Below, piece by piece: positions 1 through 12,509 of a DNA stretch of 64,000 bases. Position 1 is the stretch's first letter, and every line of letters begins with the position of its first letter. The translations under genes and the position numbers were made by a program. Source of the DNA: Epiperipatus broadwayi (Eukaryota; Animalia; Onychophora); NCBI GenBank assembly GCA_028023455.1, contig JAQFVV010000008.1:14260001-14324000 (forward strand). The letters are read 5' to 3'. The notes beneath the pieces were generated by a model. It did not search any database. It was given only the letters and a program-made list of their open reading frames with translations, and was not told the origin of the DNA.

Positions 1-519
1 TTTTTTTTATAAAGTGACAAGAAATGAAACAGACAGATCGGAGAACCGATCTTCGTTTCAGGTGTTTTTATGTACGGTAATTCAAACTACTGTTCGCCCG
101 CAGTGAGGTTTTGTCTATTTCAAATTATAATAAAAATTAGTTATGTATTTTATAGTTTATAAATAAATATGTAAAGATCCCGTATATAAATGTCACAAAC
201 CATGAAATAGTATTTGTGTGTGCGTGGTTTGTGGATTTGTATCATTTAATTTAAAGTTTCAGTGCGGGCTTAGTTGTTTAAATTATAGTTTTTAGAATTG
301 TATAAAGTCGTTTAAAAATACTGATCAAAAGTCACATTCCTTTGATCAGTGTTTTTAATTAAAATCTAATTTGCACGAATGTACAGAGCAATTAAGTTGT
401 ATTCAAAATTAGTAAGGAATTTTTTATATGTAATTACTATGTCAATTTAAAAATAGCGTATAAAATTAAAAGATTGCTAGAAACAGATAATTGATTGTTG
501 GTCAAGCTGGAAAGGAGGC

Positions 520-930
520 GGAGCCTAAAATAAAAACAAGTCGGAAAGGTCAGCAGTGGCTATTTTACAGAAAAACGGACATTCTAACTTTTGTCGTGTT
601 TGAGAGAGGTAGTCTCGAGACAGCACAGCAGTTGAGAATAATTCAAAGATCTTTATTAAGAAGTTCACCAGTGAATCGCAATGTTGATGGGCTAAGTGCC
701 AGGAGCTGGTCTCTGCCCCGCCAATATGGATCTTCGTGCCGCTGTCTGATCATGTTTCACGTAACTCACAATTTCCAACTTCCGATTTCAAAATTGACTA
801 TGCCTTGTAAATAACTTTCAAAAATGCGCGCCTACGTTCAAGCCAAGCTGGATGAAGAAAGAAGAGTAACTCTGTTACACGAACTTTAACTTTCTTCCGA
901 GCTTAATGTTATCAATCAAGTAAATCATAT
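520..930 (-). pseudogene. Possible decayed N-terminal RT region of the LINE ORF2 whose endonuclease lies at 1412-1814
   Basis: Minus-strand frames give RPAPGT*PINIAIH then (frameshift) SLVNFLIKIFELF, loosely like the KAPGxDGI...LxxLFN motif of LINE ORF2; position and strand fit downstream of the APE domain. Confidence 0.3.
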
Positions 931-1411
931 GTAAGTTTTTATGTCATTTATCATGCTTTGTTTAACCTGTCAGTAAATTTTCTTTTCTTTTAATCCTCCG
1001 CTCTAGTCTTTAGAAATAATTTATAAAAATTGTAATTAGTAGTAATAATAATTCAAGTTAATGCTTTTATATTTTTTTTATGTTGTTTATTCCCTAAACA
1101 AACGATGCCAATAGTAACATTTCCCAACTCTGTGTAAAACTAGTGTTCAATAATGATCAAGATTTTAAAAGTAATTTCGTTTTATTAAAGTAAATATCCT
1201 TTCATACTCCGAGTTGGTAAATGTTAAGTCTCTTTATTAATCTATGTTAAATTGTCATATCATTGCAATCTAAGGTTTAATCTCAAATATATAAAATGGT
1301 TTTAAAGGGTTATATTAATGTCACGTATGATCTGAGAAATAACTCTCTGTATTAAAATGATACTATCGCTACCGTCTGTCAACCTGAAGGGTCAGGAGTT
1401 TCAGAGTAAAA

Positions 1412-1814
1412 TTAACTAATTATTGTTTTCACGGTCAGTTTACCCCCGCTTTGTTTTATTGGGATATGGATCTCAGCTTGTGGCGTAGAAACAGACAAAT
1501 AGTTTCCAGGTTTTGTATAATGTCTTTTAAAAATCCGCTTCAAGTTCTCGTCCGTAATTGTCTGTGGCAATGCCTTCCCTTCGCTGAAGTTAGCGTCTCG
1601 CCATTCTACCATTGGGGAATGAAAGCAGTTTCTTTCCCGGTAATCTCTTGGATCACCGGGGTTCGAAATGACCCCGGCTGGTTGTCGTGTCCCGGAACTA
1701 CTTGGGGGGCATTAAGCCTTGTCAAAGTACAAGCCGCCCGGTATTCCGTTAATGCACCGCAATTGATTACTGTAGGGCTCTTGAATCCAGGCAACCACCA
1801 GTACATCTACCTTT
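1412..1814 (-). pseudogene. Degenerate apurinic-type endonuclease (APE) domain of a non-LTR retrotransposon (R1/Jockey/I-like)
   Basis: Minus strand reads KVDVLVVAWIQEPY (QEPY at 1783-1772) and NCFHSPMVEWRDANFSEGKAL...DENL, matching the APE motifs DIxxxQEPY and DFNAHSxxWG...RGxxL; broken by stops and frameshifts. Confidence 0.6.
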
Positions 1815-2060
1815 TATTTCGTATTTATATAAAACCACCTCCATCTGTTTGTCTACGTAACGGCTCGAGCCTATTCAAATAAAATAAGTTAATAAAATCT
1901 TTAGATAAATATTTGTCAATGCTCAAATACTCTGATTCTCTTAACCACCCGTCAATCATTTAATTACACAGCTATTGGCATGAGTTTGCTCACTCTATAA
2001 AACGTTCACTAAAGACTAGTAGCCAAATACAAGAGGGTTTATAGAAGTCTTACCGTACTG

Positions 2061-2186
2061 TATAACACTATATTTATATGCTGTCTATTTTTATTATATA
2101 ACACTATATTTATGTGCTTTCTATTTGTCTCATTTAACGCTATATTTATATGCTTTATATTTTGCTTATTAAACACTTTATTTAAT
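2061..2186. repeat. Degenerate tandem repeat, about 36-bp unit, 3-4 copies
   Basis: tataacactatatttatatgc-like units start at about 2061, 2097, 2133 and 2169. Confidence 0.75.
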
Positions 2187-2914
2187 CTGAATTTTTGTGT
2201 CCTCCACCTTATTACTCTCTAAGTCTATTTAGCCACTTACTGTCTGTATTGGCAACTTAAATATATACGTTACATGAGTGACCGTTCCAATATCTAAAGT
2301 ATAATAAATCTATATATCATTAACTGTAAGAATTAGTCTATGTTCTGAGCTGAGCTAGAAAAGGGATAACCCCGTGCTGTTATAAAGTCATCATCGGTTA
2401 GTCATACCGGGGTTTGGGTTTGAATTCAGTTGGCGTTTTGGAAATTATTCTTAAACGTGGACTGGGTTTGAACTCGGGTACTGGGTATGAGTAAGCGTGG
2501 TGGATTTATACCGGTACAACATCAATATATTATATATGTTTGTAAATAAAATATTATCGTAATTGAAGGTTTAAATTAAACTGGACAATGACTGAAACAA
2601 AAGGTAAGATTTTAAATATTTACATTTATTAGACAATTAATACATTAAAATCAAACTAATTAATAAGTAAATATATATAACATTTTCTTGATTAAATGAA
2701 TAACTGTTTATGAATGAACTATACAAAACACAAATTAGCAATTCATGGACATAACCTTGAGGTACATTTAAAGGACATAAACAAAATGATAATCGTACAT
2801 TAGTAATATAATTTTATATTTAAAATAATTAATACATTATTGTAAATTATGCACTAAATTTTATAATTCTTATTTCAACCCATATTTTAATATTTAAATT
2901 ACAGCTAGTCGTAT

Positions 2915-3389
2915 TGTTGTAGAGATAAATTAATATTTTATAATAATCATGTATATATTCTGTTGATTTATAAATATTATAACTTTAAGCATGATCTGTT
3001 AATAAATATTTGTTGTTTGAAGTTAAAACCTTTGTTTCTCTGGTCTCTAGATTGTCAAGCATCATTCATACTTCACTCACCAGAATAGCTATTATACATG
3101 CATACAGATTTTTAATTTATTATTAGCAATAGCCATTAAGGATCTATATAGAGGTCACATTATTGCCATCCTATTTAATTCCATCCTTGAGCAGAGTTAA
3201 AGGCAAATGTCTACACTGAGTTAGAACCCTGAGTAGTAATAGGACCTGTAAGTAGAGAAGACTCTGGGTGTACTATCCTAAAAGGGGTTTTATGGTCCAT
3301 TACATATTTTGGCAACCCAAACATTTGGGGCATCAATTAATTAAATATCTCACCCTGTAGACTCCTGGTACATTTTACGGTCCGTTACA
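2915..3389. mobile_element. Candidate solo LTR (475 bp)
   Basis: Begins TGTTGTAG, ends CCGTTACA, flanked by GTAT on both sides (possible 4-bp TSD); no second copy in the window to confirm. Confidence 0.4.
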
Positions 3390-3699
3390 GTATTTTCAAT
3401 ATTACAAAAAATACATTATTGATAAAAATATATTTTTCATTATTAAATATTATGTATATTTATTTTATAGTTTGCGTATTTTATTTTATGATGCAATACC
3501 AAAGAAAGTTCTAGGAGAGTAATTAAAATAACTCTGAAACTTATAAATAAAAGAATATTCTAAATTTAATTTAAAAGGGTAATTAATAAATTAAAATCCC
3601 TTAGCAAACAAAATGTTAATGAAAATTATATCTTTTAAATCTATTTCCATTCTTGAAATAGATTAAAACAATACTCTCTAGAACTTGTTGCATTATCAT

Positions 3700-4330
3700 T
3701 GAAAATAAACAATAAGTGCATTCAGGCCAGTTAATGGACATCCAGGCCTTATCAAGTGGAAAGAGAGAACATTCGAGTTCTTTCTAACATGTAAATAGAG
3801 CCAAAATTTTAGGTTGTCTCTTAGTGCGCCATTTTATCAGTGTTGCAGAATGGACCCACGTCAATTTAAATTTTGAAATATGAATCCAGAGTAGAGGGAC
3901 TAAATTTGCTTCCCCTTTCTTCTTCAAAAAAATCATTTCCATACTGCTACACTAACCTACCATCTCCACTTATGGACTGCTTAATTTAAATGCTGAACTG
4001 TCTCAAGATGCCAGCCATTATTTTTCAAAACTTTGCCTTGCTAACCGTGTTTTCCTCATTTATAATTTTACGCCTACCAATCCGTACAGACATCAAGTTA
4101 TGGAAGGTAAATTCTAATCATGCCACTAATATGAACTCTTTCAAAACTTTCAATTTAAAACCTAAATCAATTATAATGTAATTCTCTTTCTATTTACAAC
4201 ATGACTTTGTAATGCTAATTGTAATCATTCTAAAGTAATGACTTTCTCTTTCTGTTATAAAAATCTAATGCACAAATGTATAACTTTATTTTTTTAATCC
4301 ATTTCTTTAATGGGTTTCACAATTTCTATT
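3700..4330 (-). pseudogene. Possible highly decayed Tc1/mariner-superfamily transposase
   Basis: Minus-strand fragments QKEKVITLE, IDLGFKLK, RRKIINEENTVSKAKF, GDGRLV and LDKAWMS are in the order expected for arthropod IS630/Tc1/mariner transposases; catalytic residues not clearly recoverable. Confidence 0.25.
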
Positions 4331-4405
4331 TTTAATATTTTAAATGAGGCAAACTTTTATTTTAATATCAAAAATTTTGTATGATTTAATTTAATATGCT
4401 AATAG

Positions 4406-4518
4406 TTCAATCGAGCGAACCGATATTAAATTTTCTTATATTAGATATCCTAGATATTATGGAATGTCAAATCATAAATGTAAGCTTTCTTACCTAACTA
4501 AAAGTTCGCTCGATTGAA
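4406..4518. repeat. Perfect 15-bp inverted repeat with 83-bp spacer
   Basis: ttcaatcgagcgaac (4406-4420) and gttcgctcgattgaa (4504-4518). Confidence 0.85.
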
Positions 4519-7500
4519 TATTTTTAAGTTATTCTATTTGTTTAGTAGCAGATTATTCACTGCTACATTAAATATGTCACTTTATTACCATGTTTACGCT
4601 ATTGATTTATTTTCATATTATATTTTAAAGTAAACTTAATGACCTACCTTTGCTGTTTTTTTTATTATATGGTCAATCATTTGCCCATCACACTATCTAG
4701 CATAATTATTTTATGGAATTAATTACTAATTAGCGAATTAATATTTGTTTAATGAATGGAACAATATTCCCTCTTTTATGTTGCGACATCCTATCTAATA
4801 TTAAATGTCATTTGTGTACCTTTCGAGATGGATCAAATTATGTCATATCATTACGCCAGATTCTATTAAATTACGAGGGCCTTAATTAACATATCAATGT
4901 CATTAATAACCTGATTTATATTTTTTATTATTAGCATTGCTTGGCTTAGATAACGTTACGAAATTTTCTCATTTTGCTTTGTCAAACTTTAAAACCCGGA
5001 TGAACAGGATTATTTTACTTATGGCATATCCGTGAATGGGGTTTGGAAGCACCAACTCCAGGATACTGTCAGGTTGTAGATAGGCTCTGCATGGGTTAAC
5101 ACTGGAAATAAATGGACCATGGATTTCTACACAATCACTTGTTACAAATGCTGACCTGTCACGTGTACAGGCACATTTCATTTTCTTATATAATTGAAAA
5201 AGCGTTCATCCTAAAATGGACTCAACCTTTTCTAACATTATTATAGTCAGCACCACAATTCTGATTTAATATTTTTATATTTGCCCACTTTAAATCTGTA
5301 AGACGTAATGCCATGATTTCTAAATCCTTCTCATACTACCCGCCCTCTCATTGAGACAATGTTCAAGTGTGCTAACAAACAATGTTTAAACAAATCTCCA
5401 GTCAGAAAAGAATAAAATACAAATAACTTTTCTGTCTGGACATTTTAAAGTCTAATGACTGTTTAAGTAAATAATGTAAATTATAAAATATTTTTGTGTG
5501 TGGTTCAAATGAAGCATAGTAAAGTGATGTAACTTATATCCTGTTTGTTTTAAGGTCATTTATTTTTCATAAAAATAATCATAGCGTCCAAGTTATAATA
5601 TGGTAAAATTGGTATTTTCTGTTAGCATATTAAGCTGCATTTTTTTGAAGATCTGTACTTTTTTTAATCATTGTATTCAATCACAGATATGTGTATTATT
5701 TAATCATTAACTTATGTTCTATTATATAATTTTTCAATACACAAATCAGCATTAATAATCAAGTGAAACCAAAAATTATATTAGTGTTATAAGTAAATAG
5801 ATTCATGACTATTTATTAAATTTTACATTATTTGTTTATTCATTTTTCTAATTAATATTAATAAATTATTAACCATATAATTATTACTTAAGTCTGCTTT
5901 GCCTCATGATTTATGCATACACATCATTAATTAGATTGTGTTATATATAGCTCATCTCCATTGACCTTAGGCCAATTTCTAGATTTATTAATGAATTTTA
6001 TGAAAAGTCTAATTATAATCTTAAGCTATTTCATTCTGTTGAGGACTGGGGTTCGAAGCCTAGTAGTATTATCATTCCCTGTAGATCTCTTGTTTCTCCA
6101 CTGTTGCTCTGGGACAGGAATGAATAAAATTTCATCTGTTATCATCAGAAATGTTGTTCGTAATGTAATAGATCTGGAAAATAGGCAACAGGGCAGAGTT
6201 CATGATTGTTCCTGACTTATGTATCTTGTACATGATTGGACTTGAGGTACTTTTGTCTAGATGCTAGCTCTTGTTAGACGAACATACAATTCTGACCGGT
6301 ACAATATAGAATTATTTAAGTAATGGGAGAAATATTTAATTTTTCCATGCATATTTTTTTATGAGTCTTCACTTAACTAAATATTTTAAGTCCCAGAGTG
6401 ATAGTATGCAAATGCTCAAACATTAAATTGGTTAAATAATATAATTTTAACATGTGGATATTTTAATAAGTTATAAATAATTGTAGAAGGGAGAGAAAAC
6501 TAAAAAGAAATTTTAACAAGTTTTTTCCTCTCTTCAGTAGTTGTAATTAATTAGTAGTTTTAATTTAAAGTATAAAAATGTAGTCAAGCATTGGTGGTCG
6601 AGAGCTCAACTACAGCTGCTTTACAAGCAGTTGTCCAGGGTTAGTGGGTTCACTTTGCAGCTGATGCTGTGACACATGGGAAAAAAAGTATAAAAATGTA
6701 CAAGAGAAAAATAATTATCTTTTTTGCAAATAATTTAATAAATATTAATTTTAACCTTTTAAGAGAGATAAAGTTTTATCTTTAAGAGTATTTTTAAAAA
6801 GAAAAAACAAAATAGGATTTTAATGCTTTGGTAAATTTTATTTTTAATTAGATCTTGTTGTTTTTTTCTTTTTATCTCTTCATTACAAAAAAATCAAATC
6901 AGTATAATTAACTGATTATTTTGTTTTTCTTTTTGTAAGAATTTTTTAATTACAAAAATGCCAATAATTTTATGTTAATTTAAGTTCTTGATTTGTTTTT
7001 CAATGTCTGTGATTAAGGAGGGAAATACCTAAACAATTGTATGTATAAACACTTATCTAATTGGTTGTTATAAAAATTATCAGGTTAGACACAGATTGTG
7101 ATTGGCTTGTAGGCAAGATTGTTCTAGAAAAAATAATGGGGATATGAATAAGTTAGCAGATTCAAGTATTTGGCAAGAAGTAGATATTCCTAACTTATCC
7201 ATTAAAGAAAAACAGTCAAGTCTTAATCCAGCTGATAATGAAGAAGCAGAAATCTTTATCAAGCTATTGCATAGTATAGCAGAAATTTTAATCAAGCTTT
7301 CAGCATACTGAGATTAGTCATAAAAATGGTGTGTACAATGAAAACTATGTGTTAAATTCAGCTAAAAGCTAGATATCATCATTCTCCATGTAACCTGTCT
7401 TCACTGGAATAAAAATATAGAAAGGTTAACCCTTAAAGTATTCTGTAACCTTGCCTTCAACTAAGAGCATGAGATTTTCTGTATTAATTTTATCTGGAAA

Positions 7501-8905
7501 TTCAAGAAGAAAAACGAATGGATTAAATTTGCTATTTTTTAACCTGAAATTCCTGAAAACCAAAAAAAAGGATAAATTAACAATACACATGTCTAGAAGC
7601 CTTCAAGGATATACTCAATTAAAAAAATGAAATTGCAACTGCAAAAGATTTCATAAAAAATAAAGCCATGGTTAAAGTTATTTTTGTGCATACATTCTAA
7701 ATTTTCATTTATAGTATAAAAATTTTTTTTTGTAAGAATTGATAATTTTAAATATTTTTATTAATGTTTTCAATTTGTGAATTTCTTTTTAAATCCAGTG
7801 AATTTTTTTTTCAAAATTATGAAATAGTTTTTAGAAGATATAATTTTTTGTAAATTTATTTATTTTTAAACATGTTTTTCTTTTTTCATTCATCCCGTCC
7901 CACCTAAAAACTTAACAAAAAATTAATTAAGCTAAATCAAAGATTATTATCTTTGATTTTGAACATGTTTTTCCAAATCTTAGTTATTTTAAAGAAATAA
8001 CTTAATGAATTAAAAGTTAATTTATGAATAGAAATCAACTAATTGGTTAATATAAGTTTTATGAAAATATATTATTTGATTAGATGAATGCTTAAAATAT
8101 TATGCTATTATTTGTTTTATTTATTGGTAATCAGTTAATTAAATAATTGTTTACAAAAATATTTTTAATCTTTATTTCTTTATTCTATCCAATTCTTATT
8201 CCATAAATTGTAGTATGTGTAACTTTATTTCATGACAGCTTAGTGTTCTAGAATGTTTTTAAATAATCCCAATAAAACTATGTACTTATAGTAGGGTAAA
8301 CCTAGAAATTAAAGTGATTTATAATAAGCTGCTTTATCTATTTATTTATCTCTTGTTCACAGTAATAGTTTATAGAGTTCTTAGCTTCCTGAGCTAAATT
8401 TGTAGATAAGTTATATGGAGTAGGAATTTATGTTTAGTGTTATGGACATAAAATGGATATTCTTTATAGTCCATCATATTTTTTTTTTAGAAATTTAGTT
8501 TATAGTTGCACAGTAAATTAATGATAGTAAGTGGACAGAACATTGATAATGGTCAGGATGTTTTTAGTATCTCAGCATTATTTGACTTATTGTTGTAGTT
8601 TGTTGGGGTAGGCACCTAATTATGTGCATTCAGATAACTGTTTTTATTCCTGCCCTAGATTTGGCAGTAACTAAATAATTAGCCTGGTCTATAGTGCAAC
8701 TCTTTCAAATCCAGTCACAAGATTGACTGTTGATTTATTTTTATTGTTGATCATTCATAATGATGAATGATAATTACTTTTGTGTAATTCTGGGAAACTT
8801 ATTAGTTCTGCACTGATATCTCATGCTCATTTCTTTTATATTTAATTTTATATTTTATTTGAGGATGATAATGGTTTCCCATTTCCTCATAGTCAATGAT
8901 GTAGT

Positions 8906-9037
8906 GTTACAATTGTTATCCAACTTATGGGGCTATTATTTTCTGAACAGTTACAATTGCCATCCAACTTGTTTTACCACTATTTTCCAAACTGTTACAA
9001 TTGTCACCCAACTAGGGGGACCACTATTTCCATACTG
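8906..9037. repeat. Three diverged 44-bp tandem units
   Basis: gttacaattg(t/c)(t/c)a(t/c)ccaact cores start at 8906, 8950 and 8994. Confidence 0.8.
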
Positions 9038-9559
9038 CGAGAAAGGGCACCCAAATGTGCGACATTGTAGGATCAGCTTCTCTCTTATTACCCCAATTTT
9101 CCATAATGTTACAATATATATATATGCTTTTTAATGTATATCATTAAAAAATGAAAAATTTAAAACTTGGTTGCAATCAGTTGCCTCAAGTTCATGAATT
9201 AATATGAATAAATAAATGTTGATTAATTATCTTATAAAAATTAATATTTGGTGAGTCAATTAAAACTTTTTTATAAGGTGAGAATTAGAAAATTTATACT
9301 ATTTCCATACTATCAGAAAGATGAAGGTAGCCCATAAATGGCTACTTAAAACTGTTACAACTACTAAAATTTAATAATAGAAAATATTTAAAGAATTAGT
9401 CTTAAATTTTGATTGAAAATATGGTTAAAATTAAACTTAAAGATTACAATAATCATGTATGTATTACGTCGTACATTGTTTAATGCTTATGTATAGTAAA
9501 TTAGTAAATACGCACATACATATTATAATTTATTGAATAAATGTAAACCTTGCTATAAG

Positions 9560-10741
9560 TGTAACAAAAACCTACATATATGCAAAAGAGAGATAATGCT
9601 ATCAATTTTAAAGCATTATAAATTTTGTTTTATTTTCAATTTTATTATAAAATTAATATAGAAATTATATTTTGCTTATAAAGATAAATTTTGGTTAAAT
9701 GTGTTACATATAGAATAAAATGTTTGAGTTTTAAAAATGTTTTCTTGTAAAAAAAAAATGTAATAAAATTAATCCCTTTCACTGAATTTTGACCTAATTA
9801 AAGGTTGAAGGCAAAAATACATTTTAAAATAGATTTAAAATAAATAACCTGGGTTAAAATCAGGGGAACCACCTTAGAAAAAGGACAAGAAAGATCGATA
9901 ACTCAGCAGGATTCCCTGGATTTGCTAAAAATATTGCAAAGTAGAAGAGAAAAACAAATCTAAAATCAAATGGTGGTAAACAGGTTGTGTGGCTAATGAA
10001 AAGAGGGGAGATCAGTATATCAGCTTTAGCCTGGCCATTTTGATTTAGTAATTATTCATTCATTTATTCTTTATTAATAAGATATGTTAAAATCTTCCAT
10101 GATGAGAACTGTCAAGTAGTGGGCAATAGATTTGCTGTCTATCTCCTGAATACTGATCTACAAGATGGGAGATCAGCACCAGCAGCCTGAGTTGTAGAAG
10201 AAATGAAAAGGCAACCCAAGATCAAGCGACCAGGCAAGTCAGCTGTAGAAGTCATATCAGTAACTGATTTCTGCAGATCTTAATACATTCTTTAAACTAA
10301 ACCTTAAGCTCTTAAAGCTAGCTAAACTAATGTATAAACAGACACTTTTATTTAAACTATATTATTTAAACTCTCCAAATGTTAATTTCTGAAACCAAAA
10401 TTAAGTGTAATTATATTTTATCTTTTAATTCCGTAAGTCTTGCCTAATTTAATCTTAACTAAGCAAAACTAAAGCCAAATTCCAAAGTTCACTTACGTGA
10501 AACAATAACTAATAATTATTATTCTTTTTTAAATCAAGTCTATACTGATATTATTTGAATTATGTATTTATTGATTTATACTATGTTTATTCAGAATGGA
10601 GTTTGCTAATATTTAATCTAATTAGTGAGAAATGATTAGATGCTCTTATATTCACTTAATTCTTCATTTATTAATGCATAGATTAAACTCCTTTCTGAAA
10701 AGAATAAATATAAAACACATATTTATAATTAGGCCGTTACA
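9560..10741. mobile_element. LTR-like segment, possible solo LTR
   Basis: TGTAAC at 9560 and GTTACA at 10741 form inverted termini and the composition is LTR-like; no TSD found, so the left boundary is uncertain. Confidence 0.3.
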
Positions 10742-12509
10742 GCTGCTTAAAGATAGGTTTGCTTTAAAATAAATTATTTAGTATTTGTGGACGTGATAAA
10801 ATATAGCATAGTATTAGTATTTAAGCTTATAATGTTCCCTAAATATGCTGTAGCCCTCCTTAATTTTATATAAATACCTGTATAGATATCTTAATAAACT
10901 AGATTTATTATATTCCTTTAATAGCATAATTATTGATGCTATCTTTATGAACTGGCTTATTATAGTTTCATGGAATGAAACTAATGATTTGCGTATTAAT
11001 TTTAGTTATGTAATGGTGTAGTCAGTGGGGTGAATGTGTTCTTACGAAGCACATACGTGTCTTTACTCCTTGCTGTTACTCTTATGTCAAATGGACTTGG
11101 CTTAAAGTCAACCCATTTCATTCATTCAGACAGCATCTTTCTTTAGAACAGGAGCACAAGGATCCAGATGATGTATTTGTAAGCTGATCTGATCACCAGG
11201 ACTAAATGTCTCAATTTTACAGCAAGTAGTGTGGTCCAGGGGAAACAATTATGCAGTGATGAATCCCATGATTAAGCACACATTCAGGACGCATAGACTC
11301 AGATTATATATTTGTATAAACACCATAGTACCTTAAGTCATACTACTAACCACCAGTTCATCCCTCTATGATAATTAAATATTTCAGCTTTGATCTGAAC
11401 TCGAATCTAGTTTTGTAAGTCTATTATCTGTATAGAGCAATATTTAGCTCGGTAAAATGAGAATATTAGGTATAATTCATAATAATCACCTCTACAAACT
11501 AACTACTGCAAATCTTATACTCTATAGCACAGCATAATTAAGGCATAGTTAATCATAGATTAAATTTTAGTAAACGTTCTAAAATTGTAATAATAAATAC
11601 TACAAGTCAAACAATTTGTAACCCATAAACATCATCTTCACCTGCAAGTGAGATAACTTTATAGTTCATTTAAAATTGCTTTTTATTTTATTCTCTTAAA
11701 TTTTGGCTTATATTAAAATATATTAAGTTATTATTATGATTAGTGTCTCATTTCTTGCTCATCAATTAATAATTAATTATTCCTTATTTATTTAGAATCA
11801 CAATCAAAATTGTGGATATCTGTTTGTTCACAGTCATATCTCTATATAGCTATGCTTTGTAAATATATTAGTTTTGTAAATTTTAATCTTATGTTTCACC
11901 GTTGTGCTATTGCCAGCATGTGAATTAAGAAATATGAGTGTAACCTCATATATGTCATCTGTAAGGTGATAAATCTCTGAGCGTTGGTAAAGTAACTGGG
12001 GTGAGATTGGATTCGAGGTCTCAACAACCTCATCTCAGTCAACCTTAGGATAATTTACTAAAACTATGGATTTTGTTGCATGAATGTACAAATCTGACTG
12101 TTACAATATAATAAACAGAAAGAATCATTCTTTATATATGTAACTCTGATTTGATAAATTACTTCTCATATGGAGTTTTATGATTAGCTTAAAGTCAGAT
12201 TTAAATATTGTCATATTTGTCTTTACTGATGAACTACTTCCTAAGTAAAAATCATGGTAATTAGTTTATCTTATTTCATTTTAAATAAGCTATATGAAGA
12301 TTATGAATCTTTATGTTAGACTAAATGTTGAAAGTTTAAGCAGAATTTTGTGCACAAAAATAAACTAAAATATCATTTAATTTTACTTATTAATTTTGAT
12401 CGACAGTTAATTCAATTTGTATCTTTAGATACTATTTCAGTCAGGCCAAAATGAATTACACTAATCTATTTAATTTTGTTTACATTTTGATTAAAATAGT
12501 ATAATTTTT

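Noticed and set aside
26-59. Hairpin agatcgg-agaa-ccgatct with outer gaaac/gtttc pairing, considered as a hammerhead or Helitron end
   Set aside because: No correctly spaced CUGANGA/GAAA core on either strand and no downstream CTRR.
314-356. About 18-bp imperfect hairpin (ctgatcaaa / tttgatcag)
   Set aside because: AT-rich and isolated, with no supporting element boundaries.
491-1882. + strand ORFs 491-814 and 1451-1882 as genes
   Set aside because: They are antisense shadows of the minus-strand LINE remnant.
4990-5200. Possible R1-like ORF2 C-terminal remnant (HNHLLQMLTCH, like LTQxLTGHG)
   Set aside because: One short motif only; the following zinc knuckle is not recoverable.
6585-6660. 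tRNA-like A/B boxes (tggtcgagag, gtgggttcact)
   Set aside because: No cloverleaf; too degenerate to call a tRNA or SINE.
8906-9037. CRISPR-like repeat-spacer appearance
   Set aside because: Spacers resemble each other, repeats are imperfect, the context is eukaryotic and there are no cas genes.
11030-11230. Minus-strand FSPGDQISL..H and SPFDI..TYVL resembling a gypsy integrase tail
   Set aside because: Suggestive but short; no PPT or matching LTR pair confirms it.
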